Assembly: GCA_043228905.1 (NCBI GenBank)
Contig: JBHGNT010000001.1
Location: forward strand, 36,580,001 to 36,644,000
Length of the DNA: 64,000 nt
Direction: 5' to 3'
Source: Azolla caroliniana
Taxonomy: Eukaryota; Plantae; Polypodiophyta
Shown here piece by piece: positions 1 through 12,680 of this stretch. Position numbers and translations under genes: made by a program. Below the pieces are notes generated by a model. It worked only from the letters and a program-made list of their open reading frames with translations, did not search any database and was not told the DNA's origin. Positions within the stretch are counted from its first letter, which is position 1. Each line of letters opens with the position of its first letter.

Positions 1-1
1 G

Positions 2-268
2 GAACATTATAATTGTATGATTGATCTTTATTGCCGGGCAGGCCGTTTTGACAAGGCTGTGGCAACGATGGAGAATATGCCATTTTCGGCAGACCAGAAA
101 GTCTTGCATACCTTGTTGAGTGCTTGTCAGAGATGGGAAAATGTGAAACTTGGAAGAATAGCATTTGAACATGCAATACAATTGGATGAAAAGGATGCTA
201 TAGCGTATGTATGTATGAGTAATATTTATGCAGCAGCTGAGTATAAAATGGAGGAAATTGTGAGGTAA
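2..268 (+). CDS. PLS-class PPR protein (RNA editing factor), C-terminal S2/E1/E2 portion; 5' end lies outside the window
   Basis: Open from base 2: EHYNCMIDLYCRAG...LLSACQRWENVKLGRIAFEHAIQLDEKDAIAYVCMSNIYAAA. This is a typical S2-E1-E2 signature. It stops before any PG box or DYW domain. Confidence 0.9.
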   Translation, partial: EHYNCMIDLYCRAGRFDKAVATMENMPFSADQKVLHTLLSACQRWENVKLGRIAFEHAIQLDEKDAIAYVCMSNIYAAAEYKMEEIVR

Positions 269-1239
269 AACCCTAACTGAAATGGAACAATCTACTCAGT
301 TGGGTCGGAGGATATTATAATATTCCAGAAACTCTTGCCTCCAATATGCTAAGCCAGATGTATGCATGGATCAAGGAAGCCTAAGATTATAGCAAGCAAC
401 AAGATATTACATGGTAAAATCACAAATTCAAAAAATTGTCTATATATGCCCATTTCAAAGATTAATTGTGAATTAAACGCATGAACATCATGATATACTG
501 GTAAAGCTTACACCACGAGTTCAAGCGGATACATCTTAAACCATGTTCCTCGTCAAACGCTTCAATATTACATTTCACCATATGCATGCTCGTTGGACAA
601 AATAGTACTATAAAAATTTACAAATTGATCTAGGGAATAAGGCTCATCTACATTTAAACCTCCACCCCATTTGTATCCTCGGAGCTTGTGGTCGTCACTT
701 TGTTATGTCAATTCATAGTGAATTGTGACCAAATCAATGAAGAATAATTAAAAGATTGGCGACAAGGATTTTCTATCTTCATATGAGATCATAAATTAAA
801 GAGCCTTTCAAGTAACGAAGGAAAATATGCGCCTTTGCCATATAAAGGACTAACCATTGCTATACCCTTTAACTTAGGTTCACAAGAATTAGGAGCATGG
901 TCTTGATTGACATGGTGGCAATTGCACAAAAGTAAATGTCGGTATCTTTCCATGGTACATTGTTGGACCATAATATTTCCAGGCGGACATAGACCAAAAC
1001 TCAGCCAAGTGGGATCGACTTATGCCCAACCAAAGAGGTATATCTTTCTCTACCTAATCAGTTCACCTTTGTTTCTGTTATGAACACCACCGTATTGCTT
1101 TTCGATACCCTTGGTTTGCGGATCATAATTTAGAAAGCCATAGTCTTAGTATTGCTAGTATTGTCTCGTTTTCAAATTTGGAAGTGATTTGTAAAGCCAC
1201 AGTTTTAGGAGCACGCAATTAGTGTGCATGAGATACTCA

Positions 1240-1365
1240 TTGCTTGGATACCCAAGGCCTTCTGTTGGTGGTAGGTAGTGAGAGAAGGGCTTAGCCCATG
1301 CTAGAGGATTGAACTCGGGTTCTCTCAATTTTATGACTTGGAGGCTACCAAAACCAAGGGAAGGG
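1240..1365 (-). mobile_element. Degenerate tRNA-derived SINE-like fragment
   Basis: The minus strand has a B-box-like GAGTTCAATCC about 35 nt after a weak A-box-like stretch. No cloverleaf can be formed. Confidence 0.35.
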
Positions 1366-1500
1366 GACACGTGGCAGTCGAAATGATGCTAAAAACATAT
1401 TACATCCATGCTATGCATACAAAGAAAAAGCTTGTGTTTTTTTGTTCATGCTCTTCTAGAGAAGAAAAACAGAGAACAGAACAGAGTGTGTGATATCTCT

Positions 1501-2963
1501 ATGGCCGGGCCCAGATCTGATAAGGATGGGATGGTTGCTAAGGCAGCAGGGCTTGTGGTGTTCGGGGGTGTGGCATGGAGCCTCTACAAGTCTGTGGCCC
1601 CAATGATCTTTCTCAACTCCAAGGTTCCCCACGGCCAACCCTACCACATCATTCAAGGAGACACGCTTTTCTCCATCGCTCGCAGCAATGGGGTAAAATC
1701 ATACTCTTTCTTTCTCCTTTATCCCCTGTACCCGAGTGGTGGGGTATTAGGCTAATCAATGCAAGTTCATGGGCTCATCATATCTTTGCCACAGTGTATC
1801 CAATTAATGACCTCACGGTTTTGCTTCTTTCTCATGTGGGTTCATCAATTTACTGCTCTTTTTTCTTTGTAGAAAGTATTGAAGTCTTAAGAGATTCTCC
1901 CATTATCTTTTGTTTTTGGGTTGAGAAACTGGTGTTTTTTCCTGTCGTCCAAAACCAAGCATTTAGATCAATCAGGGCAATCTCTCTTCGTTCAATTGTT
2001 GTCTCCAAATCAAATCAACTCTTTTTGTTTTGTACAGAAGACTATGCATTTGTTGAACCAGAGAATTGAGATCAAACTGATTTTCTTTCTCGTCTAGGCT
2101 TAGATTTTCATTCTACAAAAAAACATGCAGTTAAATTGTCGAACGTGTAGTAAGCTTCCACTTTATTCATTCTTTTTTTCTGGCTTGGTTCATAGCACTG
2201 TCTTTTGTAGTTAGTTTTCTCTTTGCTTATTACATATTTTTTCGCGTGGTTTAATGCTTTATCTGCATTCTTAAAGCTTTTTCCTGCACATGGATTCATC
2301 TATTTTTCTTTCTATAAAAGAGCATCCACTTGAATCATAGAGATGGGATATATTCTCTCTTTCTTCACCTTTTGATACTGTTTTGAGCTAAATAACTATT
2401 TTTCGCTTTCTGCAAGACGTATGCATTACTATTTTGAGCTAAATAACTATTTTCCGCTTTCTGCAAAACGCATGCATTTTTTTAATCAGGAATATCAGTG
2501 TAAACTCTTATCATTTTTCAGTTTCAAAACACTGTAAAGCATGTGCTTAATCAGATAAACTGAACCCTAAACCCTAAACCCTTCTTTCCATTTGGGTGCA
2601 AAATCACTGTTTTTTGCTTGCTACAAAAAACATTGGTGTAACCTCTGTGCTCATTCTTTGGGTTCAAAGCTCCTGTGATTGCTCCTCTGCTTATTGTGAA
2701 GAGCGATAGATACATTCTATTATTGTCTTTGTAGGTCAAGTATGACTGAGTGAGAGGGTGTCATAAATTATACATTTGCATTCAGAGAATGGCTCATGGT
2801 ATGGTCTTCACATGGCTTGTGTTTCATTGATTGCCAATTGTTGTCATCTGATTTGTTTTTCCGGATTACCTGATTGTAGGTTTCTGTGGATGCCTTAAAA
2901 GCTCTAAATGGACTTCATGAAGATGACATTTATGCAGGGGATACCATTGTCATACCTAAATGA
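1501..2963 (+). CDS. Small (91 aa) membrane-anchored single-LysM protein; exons 1501-1692 and 2880-2963
   Basis: Splicing GGG|gtaaaa ... ttgtag|GTT joins YHIIQGDTLFSIARSNG to VSVDALKALNGLHEDDIYAGDTIVIPK*, giving a complete LysM domain. An N-terminal hydrophobic stretch AAGLVVFGGVAWSLY precedes it. Confidence 0.9.
2381..2480. repeat. Tandem duplication, 2 x ~51 bp, in the LysM gene intron
   Basis: ttttgagctaaataactattt...gctttctgcaa..cg.atgcatt occurs at 2381 and at 2432. Confidence 0.85.
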
Positions 2964-3379
2964 AAATCCTTACAAAGGAGTCAGTCAACTAAAATTTGTA
3001 ATACACCAAATGCATAATGTGTTACATTTTCATTAGAGAAGTTGAACTCTGGTGGAGCCAAACCCATTCTTTTGGGTTTTCAACATAGAACTTGTAAAGA
3101 AAAAGAACTAGCTGTTTTTATCCTTCAAATAATGAAGTGGCATTTTATTTGCTTTAGGGATGTAATTTTTTATTATGGTTTTGTGATGCATGATGAGAGA
3201 GTATTCATGTTGTTGCACGCAGCAACAATCTGGTTCTGTTAGACATGATGAGAGAAAGTGAGAGGTAAATGAATGTGTACTCATGGTGCATTGGTGGTTC
3301 CCAAGACAATTTGATAATAACATATATCCATCTGATATGGATTGGGAAATACTTAAATTGCCAAGTTTATTCAACTATT

Positions 3380-3606
3380 TTGCATTTATGAGAGTATTCG
3401 TGAAACTTGCTACCATTAGAAACATTTGTACAAAAAATTTATTTGCTCAAACAAATCTGCTAATTCTCTGTTATCTTCAGAATGCTTCTGTGTAATTGCA
3501 TTTATGAGAGCATTCGTGAAACTTGCTACCATTAGAAACATTTGTACAAAAAATTTGTTTGCTCAAACAAATCTGCTAATTGTTTGTTATCTTCAGAATG
3601 CTTCTC
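3380..3606. repeat. Tandem duplication, 2 x ~116 bp
   Basis: tgcatttatgagag.attcgtgaaacttgctacc...ttatcttcagaatgcttct occurs at 3381 and at 3497 and is nearly identical. Confidence 0.9.
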
Positions 3607-4950
3607 TTTACACAGACCTCCTTAACAACTGGATCTCTTTCTGCATTTTAAGTAAATCCTTGTCAATACGATTGACATTTCTAACATTATGGCAATTCCA
3701 TTTAAAAAAGATGCTTTCTATCATTTCACATTCTGAATTTTCTTGCCTTATATTGTCATCTTCTGTTCAATAAGTCTGTCTAATTCTGTTCAATGGTGCA
3801 GCATTAGTCAATTAAGCAGTATTTAGAACATTCTCTACATCCATAGGTGGGTGGTCTCGGTTCAGAAACATAAATTGCATCTGCATCTTCTGACTACATT
3901 GAGATAGCTACCAATATAGTATTTAATCTTAAGAAGGAAACTTAAGAAGGAAATCCTGAGGAAAATGCTAGTGGATATCTCCCCTACAGGGTATGTTGAA
4001 TCAAGTTTTGTTATGCTTTGGGTATTAGACAAGAGGGGGGGTGAGTAAATAATAATAATTTGGAATCTTAATACGATATAACATGGAGCAAGTTTTGCTA
4101 TGCTTGAGATTAGACAAGAGTTGTGTAAATAAATAAAACTGGAATTTTAATTCAATATCATGGAGATTATACTTATATTACATAATGGAAATGGTGGAAA
4201 AAACAACTTTCCCAGGTATGGCTACCAAGCAGTTGCTCCCTGGTCTAAGCTATTGTCCATCACCGAACTGGCGTGTTTAAACCATGAGAATCTGCACCTC
4301 CCAACACTGCTAACTCTAACATGAGCCATCCTCTATCCATCTCTTGCCACCTTTTATCCACCTATGCTTCACCACTGTGACACGCCAACATTATATATAT
4401 AAATAAAATGTAAATCCTCACTTTACTGTGTGACGTTCACTTTAGTTTTCACTTGATGAATATGAAGAAGCTTACTATAGTAATTCCATAAGAAATAAGT
4501 GGTCACTTTGAAATTCCTGTGGAATGTAACGCGAATAGAATTCTCAATTTCATGATAATTTAAAAAGAGAAACCTGAGAATGTACTATATAGAACATATC
4601 ATACAAGCTTTGAATAAAGTACCGAGGTTGTGATCATTGCAGACATGGATGCAGCACCTAGGTTCTGTCACAGTGGTAAAATACCAAGATTTTGCCCAAC
4701 TCTTTGAGAAAAATTACAAATTGGACAATAAAACAGTGTCCATCCATATGTGTAATGTCATTCTAGACATATTTGCTCATAAGTTCATACATCAACCTCC
4801 TCAAAACCCAAATATAAAAAACTATATCCTTCTTTACTTTGAAGTTTCAGTCACTCATATATCCTCTGGATCACATGATAAGATTATGTGCATAACAGGA
4901 AGAAGTTACCGCTCACACATCAAAGCTTGTTTGGCTCATTTCTGTATCAT

Positions 4951-7900
4951 TCATCTTTGATTGTTTGGACACTCATTCGCTCGATGTCCTGCCTGCCCGC
5001 ATCTGAGACAATTTCCCGTGAAAGACCTGACATAAACAATACAAATGCAGAAGTAAATACAAAAACAAGTTGGTATAATTCAACTCCTGTCAAAGTTGCT
5101 ACCTTTTACTTGTTCATCTTTTACATGGTGGCTTACAATGCCAGTGATTCTTTCAGTACTTATGGTGGGATCATCTACTTATCGCAATATTTCCTTTAGT
5201 GAGACTAATATTAAAGCCAGTTTTTCAGTTATTGCATGAATTTTTTATCATGATAAAACCATACAAATAAAGACCGTAAAAGTTTTGTAACTCTATACAG
5301 TTGCCACTTCACAGTGTCAGTTTTCGATTTATTGAACAGCATGACATATACTTCGAAGAACATATTCTTTCTGTGCGAGAGTAGAAAAATATTCAAACAT
5401 AATAAAAACGTGGGGAAATATTTATCCAGATCTGTGCATACCTGCCTATAACAACAATTTCTTCGGACTAGCACTTAAATTAAGAATAATATTTGTATTG
5501 TCTTGACCCCAGATCACTACATCTAATTCAATACATTTAATCTTTTTATTAAATTCCCTTTTATCTTGCTAATGTGCGTTCTTGTTAACTACTATCACGC
5601 TTTGTTCTCAAATCTCAACAACCAATGCTGTAATATATAATAGCTTCTAGCTAAGGAGCTTTCATTGTGTTCTCTCCACCCTCAGAGCCTTCCTTATATG
5701 CTTCCCATGTTTCAACATATATATTTCAATTTAAAGCTTATACATGTATTCTCATGCATTCTTTTATGTAAGGACTTTTTAAGTTAAAATAACAAGATTC
5801 AACATCACTACACCTGTTTGACCAGCTATTTCCATTAGAGGACGCATAATTGCTGTTAGAAGATGAACCGCCAGCATAGCTAGGTGATCTATCCATGCTT
5901 CCCCAGTTACCACTTCCAGAACCAAAAGATGGTCTTCGAGACCAATCACTACTGCCAGAACTCCCAGACGATTTACTAAAGAAATCACCTCCAGAGGAGC
6001 CAGTGGAAGGCCTATTATAAGAATCTGAAGATCGATTTTGAAAGCCGCCTGGTCTCCCTCCCAAAAAACCACTGGGGCGCCCTCCACTAAAAGAGCCCCT
6101 CTGTGCAGGTGGCCTACCAAATCTATCACTTCCAAATGGGTCTTCTATAATGCTGGGAAGCTGTGCAAATAGAAAATACCATTGCGTATTAGAAAAAGCA
6201 ACAACTTATGAGAAGTTAAATCCATGAACAAACACTGCATCCCATTAATTTTACATGGACCTTTTCTAAAGGTTCAATGACTTCACCAGACTCAATCTTC
6301 ATAGACAGAAGTTCTTTTGCCAATGCTGCAGGCAAATCAAAAACAGCTCCAGCCTGTTCCCTTGAAAATCCTAGGTCAGACGTAATCCGCAAATCCTCAC
6401 AATAAATCTTCTAGTTTCCAAATATTAAGCACTAGCGCACCTCATCACTAAGCATACAAACTTTTCCAAGCCTGTTTGCTGCCGCTGGAAGGAGCTGTGA
6501 TAACGCTCTCATAACAGCTGGTGCAGATGTGATGGGTTGCCCTCTTGGACATGTGATCTTCAAAGTCATCAGTCCCTGAAACATATAAGCACACCATTAA
6601 TCTCTGTATTGATGCTACACCAGGCTATCTTTTTGTGGCTTCTAATTGGAGCAGTGTTACAACAAAATTGAGACAGGATCCAATACAAATTGTTAATTTC
6701 TCCTGAAACAGAATTGGCCAATCTTCCTACCACTTGCAAGGTGCATATCTAGAACTTGAAACTAAATAATCATGAAATAATAGCTCAGTAAATATTCATG
6801 TGAATACTGGAATAAAGATCTTATGTTTCACATGTAAAGTTGTGTATGCATTAAAATTCCATGGAGACTTTATGTAAATTACTCTTAAATATTTGCCAGC
6901 ATTAACATTCACTGGGAAAAACTGTTAGAATAATTGACAAATGGTTTCCATAAGATACTTTAAATAATAATACTCAGTAGACAAACTTGATAGGAACAAG
7001 CAGTAACCTCTTCATGTGTGATCAGTGACCGTGAAGACATTGCCTCTTTGAAACCGCAAACATGAGCTATAGCTGCTGCAAGTGCTCCAGCTCCTTGCTC
7101 AGAAAGAAGCTTTTCAGCAGTGGGCATAAAGATAGCTCTAACATCTGGATGAACGTTTAGAAGCTTCAAAGCTGCCTGTTCAGCTGATGATCTCAAGACG
7201 TCCGCTGCACTTGGTGGATCTATACTCTCAAACTTGCAACCCAATTCTCGTTGAAGCACATCAAGAGTTCGTTTTTGATAAGGTGTATGCATAAGTATTG
7301 CTGTTCCCTCCTTGCCAGCTCTACCTGTTCGTCCAGATCGATGCACAAACGTCTCTGAATCATTAGCAATTTCATAATGTATGACCTGCACAAAATGTTC
7401 AACATACCAATAAGAAACATCCTTATCAATTTCATCAGGCAGTATGACATTTGGTTACAGTCATACAAGGTCGACGTTAGAAATGTCCAAACCCCTTGCA
7501 GCAACATCTGTTGCAATTAAAACAGAGATCTTGCCATCCCTAAAGGATTTCAGAGTCCTCTCTCGTTGAAACTGAGTGATGTCACCATGTAAGGGTTCGC
7601 AACCAACTGATTGACTTAAGATGGCAGCCACATCATCAGCATCTCTCTTTGTCTGAGTGAAAACGATGGATTTGCAACCCTTTCCATATACCTGCCACAA
7701 CAGACAAAGAAAAGCTGAAGGTCCTATACACATGTTCAATTGATAAAAGCATCTAAATAATTGAAGCATTGGTTACTTTGATCAAATCACCCAATAATGA
7801 GCGTCTAGCAACCAAGGATGTCGTAATTGACAAAAGCTTGATTCCTGACGCTATTTTTTCTTCGTTATTACCAACCTGTAATGATAGAGCTTCAATGACC

Positions 7901-10433
7901 ATATGGCATATACACAAGGAAAATGTTCATAAATGTCATTAAGGAGATATTACTGCTCACCAGATCAACAATCAAAGGATTTTTCAAATACTGTCGAGAT
8001 AGGTCTCTAACCCAGCTAGGCATGGTTGCCGAAAACAACATGCATTGCTTTTGAGGTGATAAATATTGAAAAATCTTCTGAATAGCCTCTACAAAACCAA
8101 CAGCCAACATGCGATCGGCTTCATCAAGAACAACATACTTGACCTCGCGTAGATTCAACGAGCCACGCTCAAGAAGGTCGATGAAGCGACCAGGCGTGCC
8201 TACAGCAATATCCACTCCCCTTTGAAGCTGCCTAATTTGAGCCTCTATAGAGACTCCTCCATAAACACAAACAAGTTCTAGATTAGGTGCTGACTCTTTT
8301 AATTCTGATTCTACTTGCTTTGCAAGTTCCCTAGTTGGGGCCATCACAACTGCCAAAGGAGCTTTCCCATATCGCCTGTGATGACAAATGCTTAAAACTT
8401 AAAAATTCATGAAATCAGAAACAGTACTGAAAGATATATCATTTGAATGTGACCTTGACATTTTTTCGTTTTCTTTTATTATTTTGTCCAAGATTGGAAT
8501 ACCGAAAGCCAATGTCTTTCCTGTCCCAGTCTTTGCACGAGCAATGAGGTCTTGACCTCTCAATCCAGGTTCTAAAACAGCCCTCTGTTGTCGATCAGAA
8601 AAATAAAATCATTTTGTGAGAGCTGCATGATCAGCATGTAAGATATATGAAATTATGAGCAATGAACGCAGTACCACTTTCAAGTCAACAGAAAATGCAT
8701 ACCATGATGTAAACATCTATTATAAGAAATCTAGGATGTTGCTATCTTCCCTTCTTCAGTTGAATAAAGTAGATAGATCTCATTTTATAATTCTGTAAGT
8801 ATAATTTTTAATAAAATAAATATCTGTGACTTAAGATGAAGTGCTTAATAGAATCAGATAACATAATCTATAAAAGTATACTTGCTGGGAATCCTCATTT
8901 CACGAGTCGATTACTTCTATTTTGGCTGTAGGTCGCTGATTTCATGAGCTTTCTTATACAAAATACAAAACCATACATGCTCATTACGAAGGAATCAACA
9001 GTGAAGTAACAAATGTTTCTTTCATAAAGCATACTAAATTATCCTATTGTTAACCACGAAGAGGCAGTCTAATACTTAAAGCTTACATTTCAGAATTTAT
9101 TCATTCAAGCCCATTGGTTAATCATGGCTCATGAGTAGAGGCACCTAATTTTTTATGTAGCATGTTTACATCTTACAGTCCTTAATTTACATCTTGAGAA
9201 ACCCTAATGGAGAGGGAGAAGCAAACAATCACACCCACAACTGTGATAAATTTGGAACCCATGATAGGTTTCGAATGAAGGTCAAGTCTTTTCAAAGAAT
9301 GGAAAAAGGAATATTGAAAAAATAAAAAATTGCACAAACAAATAATTATGAGCGTATAATTTAGGAAATTATGGAAACTTGTGGATCTACATTCAATTTG
9401 AAACTTTATCAAGTTGGGTATGAAACATTGCACGGATGTCAAATTTAAGGCTTTCATTAAAATCTGCTTCAACTTATAAATAGAATACTAAATTATGGTT
9501 TCAACTTAGTAAAAAGCAATTATGAATATCCAAATTCTTCCAACTCCGAAAACTTAATCCATTATGGAACATTATATTGAAATTTATAGCTTATGTGGAA
9601 TCTAAGGCTTCAAATAGGTGAAACATTACCAAAGTCTTCCTAGTCACAAGTTGAAGTCAGTCATCCTGTGAGATATTATATTATGGTTCAAAACTGAAGG
9701 CTTGCAAGATATGCATATACAAGTTTTTGGGTTACCATTAGAAGATCCCACATCTTTCCTGCTCACAAACTTAAAGCATCTGACAAGAACGTTATGTTTG
9801 CGGAGAACCCAAAATCTTCAATACTCACAAACTTGAATTTAACTTCTATATTTCTGAAGTGAGCCTCCTTACGAGTATCAAAACTTTTTGTATTTTTTAT
9901 ACCTGTATTGGAAATAACTTTGTGATGCCTCTTTTCTCGAGATTATTGACGATAATCCTTGAAATCGGAAGTTTTTCAATAAGAAGACCTTCATCCTCTG
10001 CAACTTGTTTTGAAGATGTTTCATCAGAACTATCAGTGTTCCTAGATCCTCCTTCTATAGCTTGAAACAACCTCTCTGTTTCAAATTCAGGAGCTTGTTG
10101 TTGCAAAACCACTCTGGCTGAGTGAAAATACCTCCAAACAACAACAGCACTATATCTATGCAGTGGTTTATTTACCTCTGCAATAGATAGAGATGAATGA
10201 AGATCTTTGTTGAATCGATGAGATGATGAATACCTTGAATTTTCCCAAAAGATCCTTTCCTCCGCAATTGGGTTGAGACATCTGCTTAGGGTACTGATTG
10301 CAGAGGTTCTGGGGAAGACATCCAGGTTAGGAAAGACTTCCTGATTGGGGAATATCAATAACCTTCCTGTCGAAGAGGCTCTGATCCTGCGGGCAAGGGC
10401 CTGGGGATTCATCTTCTTCTTTATCATCATCAT
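4951..10433 (-). CDS. RH3: Organellar DEAD-box RNA helicase of the RH3/RH9/RH53 (DDX21-like) group with GUCT domain, Gly/Ser-rich tail and CCHC zinc knuckle; 10 exons
   Basis: Exons 9903-10433, 8454-8584, 7961-8375, 7777-7875, 7467-7691, 7008-7385, 6441-6575, 6261-6353, 5814-6160, 4951-5026, all with GT-AG introns. Motifs: [48 protein letters not shown]; GUCT segment GAVFDLP; last exon [14 protein letters not shown]. Confidence 0.92.
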
Positions 10434-10865
10434 CTTCTTCTTCTTCTTCTTCTTCTTCTTCTATAAACCCCTGTTTTCAATATGGGAGAGAAACAGAGCT
10501 TCGTGAGACAAGAGTCCGTGTGATGATGTGGCACAACATCATTCGCTAGGAAAACACGGCCGGCCGGCCGGCTTCTTTTGTCCGGATACTGTATGTTGTG
10601 GTGTATGAAAACTGCGAATCGCGAAAGATTGGGGCAGGCAACTTTCTTGTCTGGTGCATACCGAATCAATCATTATACGCCAGAAGAAGGTAGGGTGAAC
10701 AAATCGTGTCCGTCTTGACTTGGTTGGCTCTTCAAAATTATATTCATGCACGATATAGTGGCAAACCCATATCAATTAAAATAACAAAGAGTTTTTCTTC
10801 AACTGAACTGCTTGCTTTGCATTTCTTCGTTGTGGATGCTTGTTTCTTGCTTTCCAATGGGGTCA

Positions 10866-11170
10866 TTGCCTAAATCGTAGAAGATGTTAAAAGGTCGGTG
10901 ATCATTCTCGAATACTTAGGTGAACAAAAAGTTTTTGATGCTAATAAATTGCATTGCACACATGTTTAACCATGCATACTAAGTCGTAGTTGTGAAATAT
11001 TTGTAGAGGTGGTTGTCTAAATCGTTGAAGATGTTAAAAGGACCAGTAAGTTTGACAATCATTCTTAAATACTTAGGTGAACAAAAAGTCCACGATATAA
11101 TAGATTACTTACTACCACTTTGCAGTACACACATGTTAAACCATATACACTCGTTTGTGGTTGTGAAGTC
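10866..11170. repeat. Degenerate direct duplication (~150 bp x 2)
   Basis: taaatcgt.gaagatgttaaaagg...atcattct..aatacttaggtgaacaaaaagt...cacacatgtt.aaccat occurs at ~10870 and ~11018. Confidence 0.7.
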
Positions 11171-12680
11171 GTTGGTGTTTGAGCCATGCAAGGGCATACC
11201 AACAAAAGCCATTTATCACCATGTTAATTTTGGACTATATATGTATTGTCATAGGTTGTAAATGACAATGTTGATTATATGAGTTTGCTCCAATCAAGTA
11301 TACTCAACACTCTAGGTGACTACTCTTCCTATTGGTGGGGTGAAGGGATTAGTAGGAAACAAGCAACGGAGAAAGGTGCTCCTTGATTGCCCTTGACACT
11401 TAGGTTTGTGGAGTAGTACCTAAGGATGGTTGACCCATAGTTAGCATGCACTTATTTATGAATATTTAATAATGCACATTGGAGATAGTGTGATACAATA
11501 ATCATTGACAGGTAGGTCGTGAATGGTGTTTATATGGACGAGGGGGATGGAGGGGAGATCGGGCTTGGGTCGCCCACTTTACATGTACTTTCCTTCCCAT
11601 TAACTCCTTGCACAACTTAGAATGAGAATTACATCCATATCTCATGTTATCATGGTCGTTTATTTCTTCTAAACTCTAATTCCCTCAATACCTAAAACTC
11701 CCTTTGTTTCCTTTTTCTCAATATTTATGCTATACTTCTAGTAATTTACATAATTGTTTTTACAAGTACATAGCCCATTGGACAATCAATAATATATCAT
11801 TCGTACATGTTCAACAAAGAAACACAATTAGCTATATAGAAATCAAACTCAAAAATGATTTGAAACCAAATTTGTGTAGCAATTACGTGAATAAGCAAGC
11901 AAAGGCCAAATTAGACAATTACTTTTACAATCATACGTTACATACTTGTATTGAAATATCTACATCAAGGTTGTAATGCATAGCATGGAGGTTATGGGAA
12001 TCACGAACAATGAATTGTGGTTGTCGTCATGATTCTTGTTCGAGGGTGAGGTCTCATGATCATCATCGTTAAAGACCAACCGTTGTGTAGAAGGAACTAG
12101 GAGAGGGGTATTATTGACATTTCCAAAGATACTCGGAAGGGCGTTTTTTGATACTCTGCCTCTCTATCACTACTTGTACAATGCTCTGTTTCTATGGACC
12201 AACAACTATGGATGGATGGCCATTGGCAACATCCAATATACCTGCCAATGTAACACCACACTCTGAGTCTCTCCACCCATGGATGGATGATTCATCGTGG
12301 AAGATCTACTTCATCGAACCTCTCCTACGGTGGTTCCATCCAAACAGCAAGAAGGTAAAGAATGTCTGGTACTATAAAGACTCCTCCATTGCTGCCTGTT
12401 GTTTTAGGCATTAGGTTAGGCTTTGGGGTTCAAATCAAGGTTAGGTTTAGTTTAGGATTAGAATTCTAATTTTAACTTTAGTGTTAGCTTTTTAAGGTTA
12501 GTGTTTTGAAATTCCTCCCAGTGGTGGCTCCTGGCTCAATCCAAACAAGGAGGTATGCATTTCGACTATGAAACTCCCCCGTACTGGAGATCTCCATATT
12601 TCCAGTTCTAAATTTCTAGGGAATCATCATCGATATATGCCTCCCATCATCCATGTTAGGTTTGTGAAGGAGAGATTAGA

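Noticed and set aside
12412-12505. Interstitial telomere array
   Set aside because: Only loose TTAGG/TTTAG variants occur inside a degenerate repeat; there is no true (TTTAGGG)n run.
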